A stretch of 64,000 nucleotides of DNA, from the NCBI RefSeq assembly GCF_009914755.1, contig NC_060937.1. The stretch is one strand, 5' to 3'. This DNA comes from the human T2T-CHM13v2.0 reference genome, Homo sapiens. Shown one piece after another: positions 1 through 11,567 of this stretch. The position numbers were made by a program, and so were the translations under genes. Position 1 is the first letter of the stretch. Each line of letters begins with the position of its first letter. The notes beneath the pieces are model-generated. The model saw only the letters and a program-made list of their open reading frames with translations. It was not told where the DNA came from and did not search any database.

Positions 1-66
1 GGGGAAATTTCACCCATTGTTAGGTATTAGAAATGCCAAATATGACCTTACAAATAGCAGCATGCT

Positions 67-109
67 AACACATGCACGTGCATGCACACGTGCACACACA
101 CACACACAC
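67..109. repeat. Imperfect (CA)n / CATG-CACG microsatellite
   Basis: acacatgcacgtgcatgcacacgtgcacacacacacacacac read directly. Confidence 0.85.
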
Positions 110-1935
110 CTGAAAATAAAGAAAAAAAAAGTTATTTTTACATCTGTGTTTATTAGCCATTATTTGTAATTCTAAAAATCCTGTAGGATTTTAAAAGAAA
201 ACAAAATGCAAGATTTTCCCAAAAATAATATATATATATTTTCATTGTCTTCGTAAAATCTTCCAATCACCAATGTTTTTATAGTTCCACATTTTTATTC
301 CTTTAAGATAGAATTCTGGACTGGCCATATTCAAGAAGAAATTAAATGTTAGAATCTTGTCAATAATGGTTGGAAACATTGATAGAAATCCCAATTAGAA
401 CTGAGCATTTATTTCTTTTTTCTGGCATTTCTAGTATTACCAGATTTCTCAAATGACTGGCTTTTAAATAAATAACTAAAAATAGCTATCCATTCAAGGT
501 AAGTTTGGCCTCAAATCCACAAATTCAGATTCTGGGCTAGATATACTGTAATGCTTTATTTTATAGGAAAGAGATCCATCTTTACAAATAATAGATACCT
601 GTACTCTACATCGTAACTACATTGAAAACGTACTAACATAAAAGAATCTCACTGGTTTAAAAGTCAGTTTACGTTGATTTTTCAGATGTGCTGTATTCAG
701 TGAAACTGCCTATGGAAACCACTTTAAACTTTCCATATTCCAGCCTTAGAAAACATTATACAGGAATAATAAACTTCAAAAAATTCTTCATATTTCCGTG
801 ATATGTACTGTAGCATATCACATTACTTCCTAACCCTGTGTTTCACCTTTCCTTCCAATCTTTATCATTATTGTATTTTTAAAAACATCAATGTGTATGC
901 CTTTTTCTGTTCCTGTACTGATCAGCTTGGACAAGCTGCATACTTTATTCAGCACAGACTGCTTTCCTCAAGTAGCTTTTGTAGTGAATGTATGTTATTT
1001 GACTCTAAGTTTGAAAGAAATAGAGACAATCAGGTTTTCTCAGGTGATAGGCATGTTATTGTAAAGATACTCAGGAAAGCAAGAAAGCACAGGAAATTGG
1101 CTCAGTCAGTTGCAAAGTCAGAATAGCGGAAAATCATTTTTGCTCAGGCTACAGTCAAAATTCTAAATACCCCAACAAAAATTCTAGCTATTGGCTGTGT
1201 TTTGATTCACCTTACCTCTTCTCCAACCCTCTGCTTATTTCTTCAGTTGACTCAGACTTAGCCCTGTTTTATTGTTTTTTGCTGATATGTGTTTCTATGG
1301 TCTGTATCTTGGTTTATGCTCTTCTGATCTGTCTTTGTTGGTTATGTGTTTCACATTGACTCTCCAAATGTTAAAACTGGTTTAATATATATGTATATAT
1401 ATATTAAATATCTTTATAATATCTTTATAATATTTTTATTGATTCAAGGAACGGTACACAACTATCTCATAAACCTCTACTCCAGCCTTTGGAGTTCACT
1501 TTCAGAGCAGATAACTGTCTTTTCTCAAATATGAGAAAAATTATTATTACTTGAGCAAAGCTATGATAATATATATATAAGAAGTCTCATCCAGCAGATT
1601 CATTTACAAAGGGTGGTGTAGTTAATAGCCTCTCTGAAACTTCCTGATAGCTATTATAAAGGAAATTTCTCTTAAATTTTTAAATGTTTGTAATTTTAAT
1701 GGATGTTGTTGTAGGATGGACAATCCAAGACCCTATTGCTGAGATTCCAGATGCTGCTGCAGATATATTGGCATATTCTGAAGATCTATTAATAACAACA
1801 TTGCTGATTTGTATGTCATTTGAAACTCTTAGTGTGCTTTGTGTAGGGGATAATTTAATGAGGTTAATCTTTATGATGTCTTCAATGAATGCATATAATT
1901 TAACTGTCAAATAAATATTGACTTAAAATAAATGA

Positions 1936-2471
1936 CATACATATATTTTTAATTGTTATATCTTGTTGCTGAATTGACTCCTTTATCGTTATATAATAAC
2001 CTTCTTTATCTCTTTTAACAGCTTTTGTCTTGACATCCATTTTATCTGATATAACCATAGCTATTCCTGCTCTTTTTTGATTTCCATTTGCATGGAATAA
2101 GTTTTTGCATCCCTCTATTTTCAGATGATGTATGTCTTTATAGGCAAAGTGAGTTTCTTATAGGCAGCACATAGTTGGGTCTTTTTTTAATTAATTAAAC
2201 TCTTTATGTCTTTTTAGGAGAATTTGGCCCATTTACATTCAATGTTATTATTGATAGGTAAGGACTTACTACTGCGATTTTGTTATTTGTTTTCTGAATG
2301 TTTAATTGATCCTGTCTTTCTTTCTTCCTTCCTATCTCTCTTTGTTTAAAAGTGACTTTCTCTGGTAGAATATTTTACTTTGTTGCTTTTTAGTTTTTGT
2401 GTATATTTTGTTGGGTTTTTAATTTGTAAAAGCTTGCAAATAACATCTTATAACCAATTATTTTAAACTGA
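1936..2471 (-). mobile_element. L1MA-age LINE-1 fragment (ORF2 endonuclease start / inter-ORF region)
   Basis: Reverse complement contains gataaaggagtcaattcagcaacaagatata, the KGSIQQEDI-like segment of the L1 ORF2 endonuclease, followed by L1MA-like inter-ORF sequence. Confidence 0.8.
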
Positions 2472-2483
2472 ATAGAAATTTTT

Positions 2484-3705
2484 GAAGGAACATAAACAAA
2501 TGACCAATTAGTATATGAAAAAATGCTCAATGACACTAATCATCGGAGAAATGCAAATCAATGCTACAACAAGAGGTCATCTCACCCCAGCTAAAAGCTA
2601 AAATGACTTTTATCAACAGGCAATAACAAATACTGCTGAGGATGTGGGCAAAGGGGAACACTTGAACACTTTTGGTGGGAATGTAAATTAGTGCAACCAC
2701 TACAGAGACCTGTATGAACGTTCCTCAAAAAACTAAAAAACTAAAATTGCTATATGACCTAGCAATTCCACTTCTGGCTATATATCATAAAAGAAGAAAG
2801 AAAGGAAATAACAAAGAAAGAAAGAAGAAAGAAAGAAAGAGAAAAGAAAAGAAGAAGAAGAGGAAGAGGAAGAAGAAGAACAACAAGAAGAAGAAGGAGA
2901 AGAAGGAGGAGGAGAAGGAGGAGGGAAGAAAGAGGAGGAAGAAGAAGGAGAAGAAGGAGAGAAGGAGGTGGAGAAGGAAGAGGAGGAGAAGGAGAAGAAG
3001 GAGAAGAAAGAAGAAGCAGGAGAAGGAGAAGAATAAGAAGAAGAAGAAAGAAGAGAAGAGGAGTTGTATATTGAAGTGTACTTTCATGTTTATTGTACCA
3101 CTGTAAACAATAGTCAAGATATGAAATCAACCTGAGTGTTCAACAACAGATGAATGAATAAACAAGTGTGGTAAATATACACAATAAATATTATTTGGCT
3201 ATAGAAATAAAGAAATCCTTTCATTTGCAATAACATAAATAGAATTGGAGGATATTATGTTAAATGAAATAAGCCAGGCACAGAAATAAACATTTCACAT
3301 ATTGTCACTTATATGTGGGAGCTAAGAAATTTTAAAAATGTTGAACCTATGGCGATAGAGAGTAAAGTGATAATTACCAGAGGCGGTGAAAGGTAGAGGG
3401 GATGGGGGTTTAATATGGGGATGGTTATCAGATAGAAATAATACAGTTAGATAGAATGAATACAATCTAGTATTCAGTAGTACAATAGGGTGACTTTAGT
3501 TAACAAGAATTTATTGTATGCTTTAAATAACTAATTGAGTGGGATTGGAATATTTCTAAACACAAAGAAATGATAAATGCTTGAAGTGATGGATACCCCA
3601 AGTTCCCTGATTTGATCATTATGCATTTTATGTCTGTATCAAAATATTGCATCCTCATAAATATATACAATTATTATATATCTAAAATAATTTAAAATAA
3701 AAATT
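2484..3705 (+). mobile_element. L1MA-family LINE-1 3' end, interrupted by a GAA-rich tract
   Basis: Typical L1 3' motifs: gaaatgcaaatcaa, ggtgggaatgtaaattagt, gacctagcaattccacttctgg, gaaataagccaggcacagaaa, gatggatacccca...tgatttgatcatt; A-rich end near 3700. Confidence 0.9.
2789..3062. repeat. (GAA/GGA)n purine-rich low-complexity tract
   Basis: About 270 bp of almost only A and G on the + strand; source of the K/R/E-rich and L/F/S-rich ORFs at 2714-3130. Confidence 0.97.
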
Positions 3706-4823
3706 AGTAAATATTAAAAGTGCCAATTCTGAATCTCAAAGCTCTGAAAGTAAAAATGTTAAAGATGGAAATATGTAAACTTGTTCCCTGTGGAATATTG
3801 GTCTAAAGCTCTATTTTGTTAACCCAATTCTTTACTATTTTACAAAATTTTATTGAATTTCTAAAGTATGTCATATCTAGAGAGCCTCACAATTTTATTG
3901 GTATTAAATATGGTATAAAGAATCTGCTTTGCATTAGATAATTCCACAGAAATATACATTAGTAGAATTTTATTAAATCAAACTGAGCTAATTTTTAAAA
4001 TAAAAAACAATGTACACCAAAATAACAAAATCTTGTATTAAATAATCTTTATTTTTTAAAGTCAAGACAAAGTCAATGTCAGATGTTCTATTTCAATCTA
4101 AACAAATGTGATGCTATTTTAAAAATGCTTTTTAAGTCATGAAATATCAAAAAAGAGTACCAGAATGCAGTCTGTAAGAGTCAAATGTTCCCAGTAATTA
4201 TAGATTTCCCCATATTGAAATTCGAACTAGATAATTTCAAGAAAAAAAAACTGGGGAAACTGTATTTCTTTTTAAGATGAATATAAGCACATACAATACA
4301 GTGTGGTAAAACAATCTAGACAGAAACTCAAATATTCATGAGGCTGTAGGTGAATATCTTAATGACACAAATCTGAATATATTTTGTAATGTCTCTTTGA
4401 CTAACAAAGAAAACCTTTCTTTAAATTCCTTTGGGATAGCATTGTACCTGTTTCTCACAGGAAATTCTGATATTTGTGATTTTTCTAATAGTTTTAAAAT
4501 ATTAAGTACAATTTAAGTTATGAAAACCTGTTAAGCATTTTATAGAAAATATTATATATGATTATGTTCCCATTATTTTATATAAAATATCAGACAGAAA
4601 TGTATGCCTTTTCATAGATAAGTTTAATACTTTATTTTAGGAATTTTAACAAGAATATTCTTTCCCTTTTCACTCTAAGTTTACTATTCTTAAGACCCCC
4701 AAAACACATTGTATATACCTCCTAATGAATAAATTTAGAAAAAGAATGAGCAATAAACAAACTAGTAATCTAGAAAGTAAAGTTTTCTTGATATATATAT
4801 CTATATATAGACATATGGATTGA

Positions 4824-5104
4824 TTTTAGAGACAGGCTCTTGTTCTGTCAATTAGGCTGGAGTACAGTGGCATGATCATAGCTTGCTGCTATCTCAAACT
4901 CCTGTGTTCAAGTTACCCTCCAATCACAGACTCCTGAGTAGCTACAGGTGCAGCCACTCCCGGCTAAGTTTTATTTGTTTGTTTTTGGTAGAGACAGGGT
5001 CTTGCTATGTTTTCCAGGCAGTTCTTGAACTCCCGGCTTCAAGAGATCCTCCCACCTCAGCCTCCCAGTGTTGGGATTATAGGTATGAGGCACTATGCTC
5101 GGCT
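4824..5104 (-). mobile_element. AluJ (old Alu)
   Basis: Diverged antisense Alu dimer with J-type motifs catgatcatagct, gagacagggtcttgctatgtt, gatcctcccacctcagcctcc. Confidence 0.9.
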
Positions 5105-8100
5105 GACAAATATGCTGTACTAATGCTCATGAGCCACTTAAGATCCATGAATAAATTTAATTTATGTTTATAGCCCTAGAAATCAGCCCAAGCTTAGCAA
5201 AGTGTAGACAATTAATGCATATTTGAATGTTGAAAAAATAGGTAGCTGAATTTGATCTCTATGTTGTTAGCATTTTTTTTTTTTCAAATAGAATTTGAAA
5301 TAAAATGTGTTAGGAAAGGAAATTTAATCATCTCAAATATTTATTGAATTCATTTACCATTGAACTAGCATTCGATTTTTTAAATGTAAGTAGGTTCACA
5401 ATGGGACTAAGCAGGACATGGTTGTTTTAACTTACTGAACTTAACTTGTTTCCAAGTATGTTTTTCAGCTTAAGTCAATAAATGCTATTAGTACTTAAAG
5501 TTCATCAAATAAGATACAACATAAACAACTATAGGTTTCCCTAAAACTATTATTTATTTTTGCTCTATTTAAAGTATTTGAAAAATTTTAAATAATAACT
5601 ATTCTTCAAAAAATGAAATGGCCTTCTATAATCTATTACAAACCTAATAAAAATAAATTTTCACAAAAGCAATATAACTATGTTTATCTTTCCAGTTTTT
5701 CTTTTAAAAAATTGAAATCTATATTCATCGCATTAATATTTTGGAACATTTGCTTTCTCACTCAATACAGACACATATACACACATCTACATAAACAAGC
5801 ATACATCTTATAATATCACTATTATTATTTGCTCAACAGTTTGTGAGTGAACTGCAAATATCACAACCCTGAACCTCTACAACATTGACACAATGATATC
5901 ATTTAACATACAGTAAATATTCAGTGTTACCCATTGTTGAAATAATTATTTTGTGGATTTAAAAAATCTTTCCTAAGAGAATATGCAATCATCAATTTTT
6001 ATTTATTAAAATTTGCCTAGAGGGTAGAGTTTGAATTCTCTGAATTTTACAAAAAGCTTTCAAACTTTAGAATATGTATATCCTGCTTAACTGTGCTCTG
6101 CATTCCACTAAACCACATGCAGTTCCCAATGGCTTAGAGTCTCACCGTGCCTAAGTATGTAGGGTTCTTGTCTTCTTTCCTTTAGCCCAGCAGTATTAAA
6201 CTTGATAAGAGCTAAAATTTGGAAGACTGTATCAAATGTGGGTTGTGAACTTTTTTATCTTCTTCAGGCAATTTCTTCCCTAGTGAAGAATAAGATGTTT
6301 CATTTCAGTGCCCACATGTTTATAATCAAGCTGGTATAATGTTGTTTTGAAGTTCTTATGGTTTCTATGTTCTTTAGTAATTGAGAATAAGAATAATACA
6401 GTACACTGCAGATACTGCCTAGGATACTTATTCATAGGAGAGAAAAATGGAGGCATTGTCCAGGTCTTTTAAAATCTCTAAAGGTGAAAATCATTTCAGA
6501 AACATACAACAGGATATTTATACTTTTTATGGGATTTCCATTTTTCATGTTCTTTTTCATTTTGACTTTTCCATTTCCTGCTTTTCTGATAATCGACATA
6601 AAATTTCATTTGGCTTATACAAACATAACTGCCCTTACATACAGTAAGTGCATTGACTTGAAATTATTTATGGTGAAATAACCACTATATATTGTATCTT
6701 ATCACTATGCCCGATATCTAATTCACAGTATGTCTTATAAATTGATAGTATTAGGCAACTTTTATTTGGAAGTATATTTCATTTAAAATATATCATTTAA
6801 GTGGAAAATCATATTTGCTTAGATTAATAATGAGTATTTCTATTATTTAGTTGTGTTTGCTTTCATAAATCTGAAAGAAAAAAATACTTTCTTGCTATTC
6901 AGGTCTAAGACAAAAAAATGTTTTCTCTTTTAATGCTACAACACACAGGTAGAAAAATAAAAATGATATTTTAGCAGGTGCCAGCTACATCTAATATGAT
7001 ATTCTGTCAACACAGAAACCATGAGTTGTATGTTTTAAAGATTGCAAATTGTTTTCTTCAGTAAATACAGACTGGATTCCTGTGTGTCAAAATGATGCTC
7101 TCTAAAAAACAATGAAATTTTGCATCAAAAAAACAACATAAAATTGTCAGCCATGAGACAAATATAGCTTAGTTCAAATTCCAATAAGCAACATTGAAAT
7201 GCAGGGTACAAGTCGATGCACTATAAATATGGGAATGCTATATGGCTAATAGAGGTTTCAATCAGGAAAGATCTTTTACTTGAAGGGTAGTCAGGGTTAT
7301 CCCACATCATTACAGAATAATCAAAATAATATATTCAAATAATAAAATGTATAAAATAGTATTTTAGTCACACATATAAAGCTCAGGATGTCAGAGATCC
7401 TGTATAATCTAATAATATGTGATAATGATGACTATGATAAGATTTAAATTGCTCACATTGATCTGAATGATGTAAGAATCATAGAAGGCCTGGCGACCTC
7501 TTTCAAATTTCAGCAACTATTTTATTTGAAAAAATAAATGCAGAAAATGCTTTTTGAAAGTATTCCCAGTAACATTAATAGTTTAAACATATTCTGACTG
7601 TCTATCTTTGACCTTCTTAGACATATTATGTTTACTATGCATGCCCTTTAAAGATCTGTTAAAATGAATGAATTCACACATTCTTCTGAGCAATGCTATT
7701 GATTTTTCCAAAACCAAAACAAAACACACAAACAAAAAAGGATTAAGCACTCACTATTAATTAAATTTAGAGTATGTGGTTTTTATATATCTCTAACCCT
7801 TTCGAATAAAAATCCACCCAACAGAAATTCTGGGATCGTCCTCAAGTATAGTCCTCTCAGAGTGGATAACCAAATCTAATTACATTCCTGCATAGAATGC
7901 TTCAGTATTACCCATTACATTTAGCCTAGATTTTCAAGTTGCTTTCCTAGCTAAATGATATCACTTATCTCCAGTTACTCTTTAAACACTTATAGAAATG
8001 GGACTATTATGAAAGCTGTGAGATATTGCATACAAAACAAGATATGTGTATTGGCATTTTAACAAAGCAATGCAAATGTAGATATGAAGGTTTATATGAG

Positions 8101-8289
8101 TTTGATTTGGTTGCCTGGACTTCAACTTGATTTATTAGAAACTACTTTTCTCTTCAGGTGATAATTCTCCTCAAGAATCTTTATATCCCTATCAATACTT
8201 ACCTTATCTACTTTCTCACAATCTCTAATTTTTAGATAATTAACGTAATGACCAGAAGGTTCTTGAGGATTCCTTTGTATGAGCACCAA

Positions 8290-8403
8290 TTTTATGTTGG
8301 GTAAAGGTAAACTAAACATTCTAAAGTCTCATAGCTATGTGGTGGTAGAGCTAGGATCGAGATATCTATTTCTGGCTCTGGTTCTCTGTGTCCCATAGCT
8401 CTT
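8290..8403 (-). mobile_element. MIR fragment
   Basis: aagtctcatagctatgtggtggtagagctaggatcga resembles the antisense MIR core aaggtcacacagctagtaagtggcagagctgggattcga. Confidence 0.55.
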
Positions 8404-9249
8404 GGCGGAGGGGGTGATTTACACTGTATCTGACAGCTCCTCCTCCACACTTCAATGGTTATTGTACTTTTCTTATTTAATTTTTCATTCTTCAAAATGG
8501 GCATTTTGATTGCCTTTGACTAGCCTGGCACTTCATTTTCCATTACATCTGTATTTTCAGTCATGAAATTGTATTTTTAATGTGATTAAACTTACTTGCC
8601 TAAAGTTAGGCTTTTAGAGAAGGCCATGGTTAAAATTTAGTGTAGTGGTACAGTTGAAAGAAGTGAAAACACTTTGATAATTTTCAAAATTACTACTCCG
8701 TACTACTGAATAGTAGATAGGCACCTAGCTCATTATACTGACAATAAAATATTGTTTTACTAAATGATGTTTAACTATTCATGTATTCATGGAAAAATAC
8801 TGGGCACTGCTCTAAATATTGTTTGTCACATCCTTAGGTTTGACCTCACCATTTTTACAGGGAATAAAGCACCCCAATATTGTAAATAAAATACTTGAGT
8901 ACTAATATATTCAAAGTAAAAGTAATGTTTAATGCTAAATTACAATAGGACAATTTATCTCTTTCCTAAACTCCAAAGTATTTTGTATCACTTTTAATAT
9001 CTATATCAGTGTCTTTTGCCTTCTAAACTAAATTAGGAACATATGAATTACTTCTTATTTATCCTTTTCTCTGATAAAGTACAAGATACGATGCTAAGCA
9101 TATTGTTGATTCTCAATTAAATTGGTTTAGTTGCACTCGATTAGACAACATGGTCTTTATAAAATGCTTCTGAAAAATTCTTATAGTTAGGACAGAAACA
9201 GCATGAATGTTTTGGTTCCTTTTGGCTCAGGGATTAATCTGTGTGTCAG

Positions 9250-9685
9250 ATCTGATGAGTCAAAGTATTTTATTCCCTTGGCCACTGTGATATGTTGAGG
9301 GAAGATCAGGAGAACCAATTTAAGCTTAGAAGACACAAAGAGATCTTTTCTGGGGTTGCTTGAAAAACGATTCTGTTTTTTTTTCCCCTGCCTTTTGAAG
9401 ATTGAGTAATTTTAGGGGCTGGAGATAATGAGACAATGATACTTCATGTTACCATGAGAAGTCCAAGGCTAAAGCCAGCACAAGGTAAAGAAAAGCTGAT
9501 AAATCAACATATGTGAAGTTCTAATATTATCATTGAGTTCTGAAATCCAAATATGCCTAAAGAAATTAATTCCCACCCAGACACTCCTTATTTACATACA
9601 CTCAGGTATTGTGGGGTTTATTTTGTTTTGTTTTTATGTTGGAGCCTTGCTGTTGTGTCATTTGTAACTGAACATATTCTAACGT
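9250..9685 (+). mobile_element. Old MLT1-type MaLR LTR (MLT1J/K/L-like)
   Basis: cccttggccactgtgat near the start, aagccagcac in the middle, and an MLT1-like terminus gtcatttgtaactgaacatattctaac. Confidence 0.55.
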
Positions 9686-9933
9686 TTGTAGTATTTAACT
9701 TTCAAACTCATTTCAATTCACTTCTCTTTGAGTTTCCAAACTCAATGGAATTTCAAGGAACAAGGTTTCTACAGATGCAGTGCAGCACCTGGAAAAATGC
9801 TTTGTGTACTACAGCTTCTCCATTTGGCTGAATTGAATTAGATAGATTGAAGATACAACATTTTCTCTTGTAGAATTTGGAAATGCAGAAATAAGACTAA
9901 TCTGCAAAGACACACAACAATGAATACACAAAT

Positions 9934-9999
9934 TCTCTCTGTCTCTCCCACTCTTTCTCTCTCATACACACACAGACAGACACACACACACAAACACAC
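9934..9999. repeat. Compound (TC)n/(CA)n microsatellite
   Basis: tctctctgtctctcccactctttctctctcatacacacacagacagacacacacacacaaacacac. Confidence 0.85.
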
Positions 10000-11464
10000 C
10001 CCACAAGTTATGAGCACAGTGTCAGCTGAATCTTTCTCTCTCCATCTGGAATGTGTCATAACTAATATGATAGTTTTTAATCCAAATATAGCCTTTTTTT
10101 TCCATAGAGCTGGTGTATAAGTAATGATCTGGTCACTCCAGTATTAGAGACCTAAGAAGATTTTACCATAAGTAATTCGAAACTGTTATGATCCATTAAT
10201 CTTATTTTTAAAATATTTATTAAAATGATACTTTGTGGTATGTAAAATAACATAACATCTGTTCGTCTAACATGCAAATATGAACCAAACAAACAAATAA
10301 AACAGACTTTAAACAATGGAATAGGAGAAAGAATCTGCAAGCATATGTAAAATTGGCTCATTTGTAGAATCATTATTTCTAGTAATGTATTACGGAGACA
10401 AAGATGCTACATTCTCATCAGTCAGTGGATACTGTCTCTTTGAATAGTAGCTGCATTTAATATGCTATATATAATTAGTGGAAATAAAATATTAAGAAGA
10501 CACAAATAAATGTTTTATGAATGTACAGACAAACCCTTGAATTAAAAGGTTGAATTGAGCCACTTATTAGCACAGGGTAACAAATCAGTTGTTTTTGATA
10601 TAACACTTTACTGACTTCATATGCTATTAATCAGTAATTATGAATGAACATTATACATTACAGTGTAGCAAAAAAGGGTTCAGGTAACACTACCACACTT
10701 ATTAAAGGAGGTTAACCTAGAAATTAAAGTTCATGTCCATTTAAGTATAAGTTATTTTGGTACCTCATTTTCAAATTTCCAAGTAAGAAAAATTACTATT
10801 CAGCTGATAAATAATGCATAAATAATTCATCTTTGAAATCGTCCCCACCCTCTTTCTATAATATAAAATTATGATGTTTTATTTAATAACTAACCGTAAC
10901 TTAATTAATGGCCCCAGGAAACAAGTCAAGTTAAATACGATAAACTAAAATCAGAAGCAGAATAACAGCTTGCCCATTGCCTTAGGCAACTGACAACTGA
11001 CAAATGATGTGATGTCTGATGACATAATATCTTCTGATCCCTCCTCTTTCAAAGTTTCTGTGTTAAAAAAAATCACAGAATATTATAAATTGTTTTGTCC
11101 ATGTCAAAAGTTTCAAAAAGGTTCAAAGAGCTTTCATATACTGTGATTTTTATTAGGGACAAATAATCCCTAGCAGAAAACAGAGGACCTGAAGCAACTG
11201 CTACTTTATTTTCCAAGTGCTCTTCTTGACAGAGGTATTCTCTAGGAAGTTCTGTATTTTATCAAGAAACTTCCGTTGTAAAGCTTATTTTTGACAAATT
11301 TTGGTATTTATAGACTTAACGACAGAGTGTAAGACCCATCTGTTTAATTGTCCTCTGTCTGCTGAGGTGGAAGCCTATGAGAGTATATATGATATTTAAG
11401 GTTTTTTGTTGTTGTTGTTGTTTGCATTTTGAGGCTTTAGTCCACTGCTGTCACAATCAGGGAT

Positions 11465-11560
11465 TGGAGAGTTGAAGTTAAGAATGTAGAGTTCTTCCAT
11501 GGTGTGATCTTGATCAAGTTACTTAACATCACTGCACTTCGGCTCTCTTATCTATAAACA
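11465..11560 (+). mobile_element. MIR fragment
   Basis: gtgtgatcttgatcaagttacttaacatcactgcacttcggctctcttatctataaa matches the MIR core. Confidence 0.7.
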
Positions 11561-11567
11561 GGCTGTA

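Noticed and set aside
803-1126. 107 aa ORF in unique DNA
   Set aside because: No recognisable domain, composition typical of AT-rich non-coding DNA, no supporting gene structure
2714-3130. K/R/E-rich and L/F/S-rich ORFs of 110-130 aa
   Set aside because: Translations of the GAA/GGA tract, which has few stop codons on either strand; not genes
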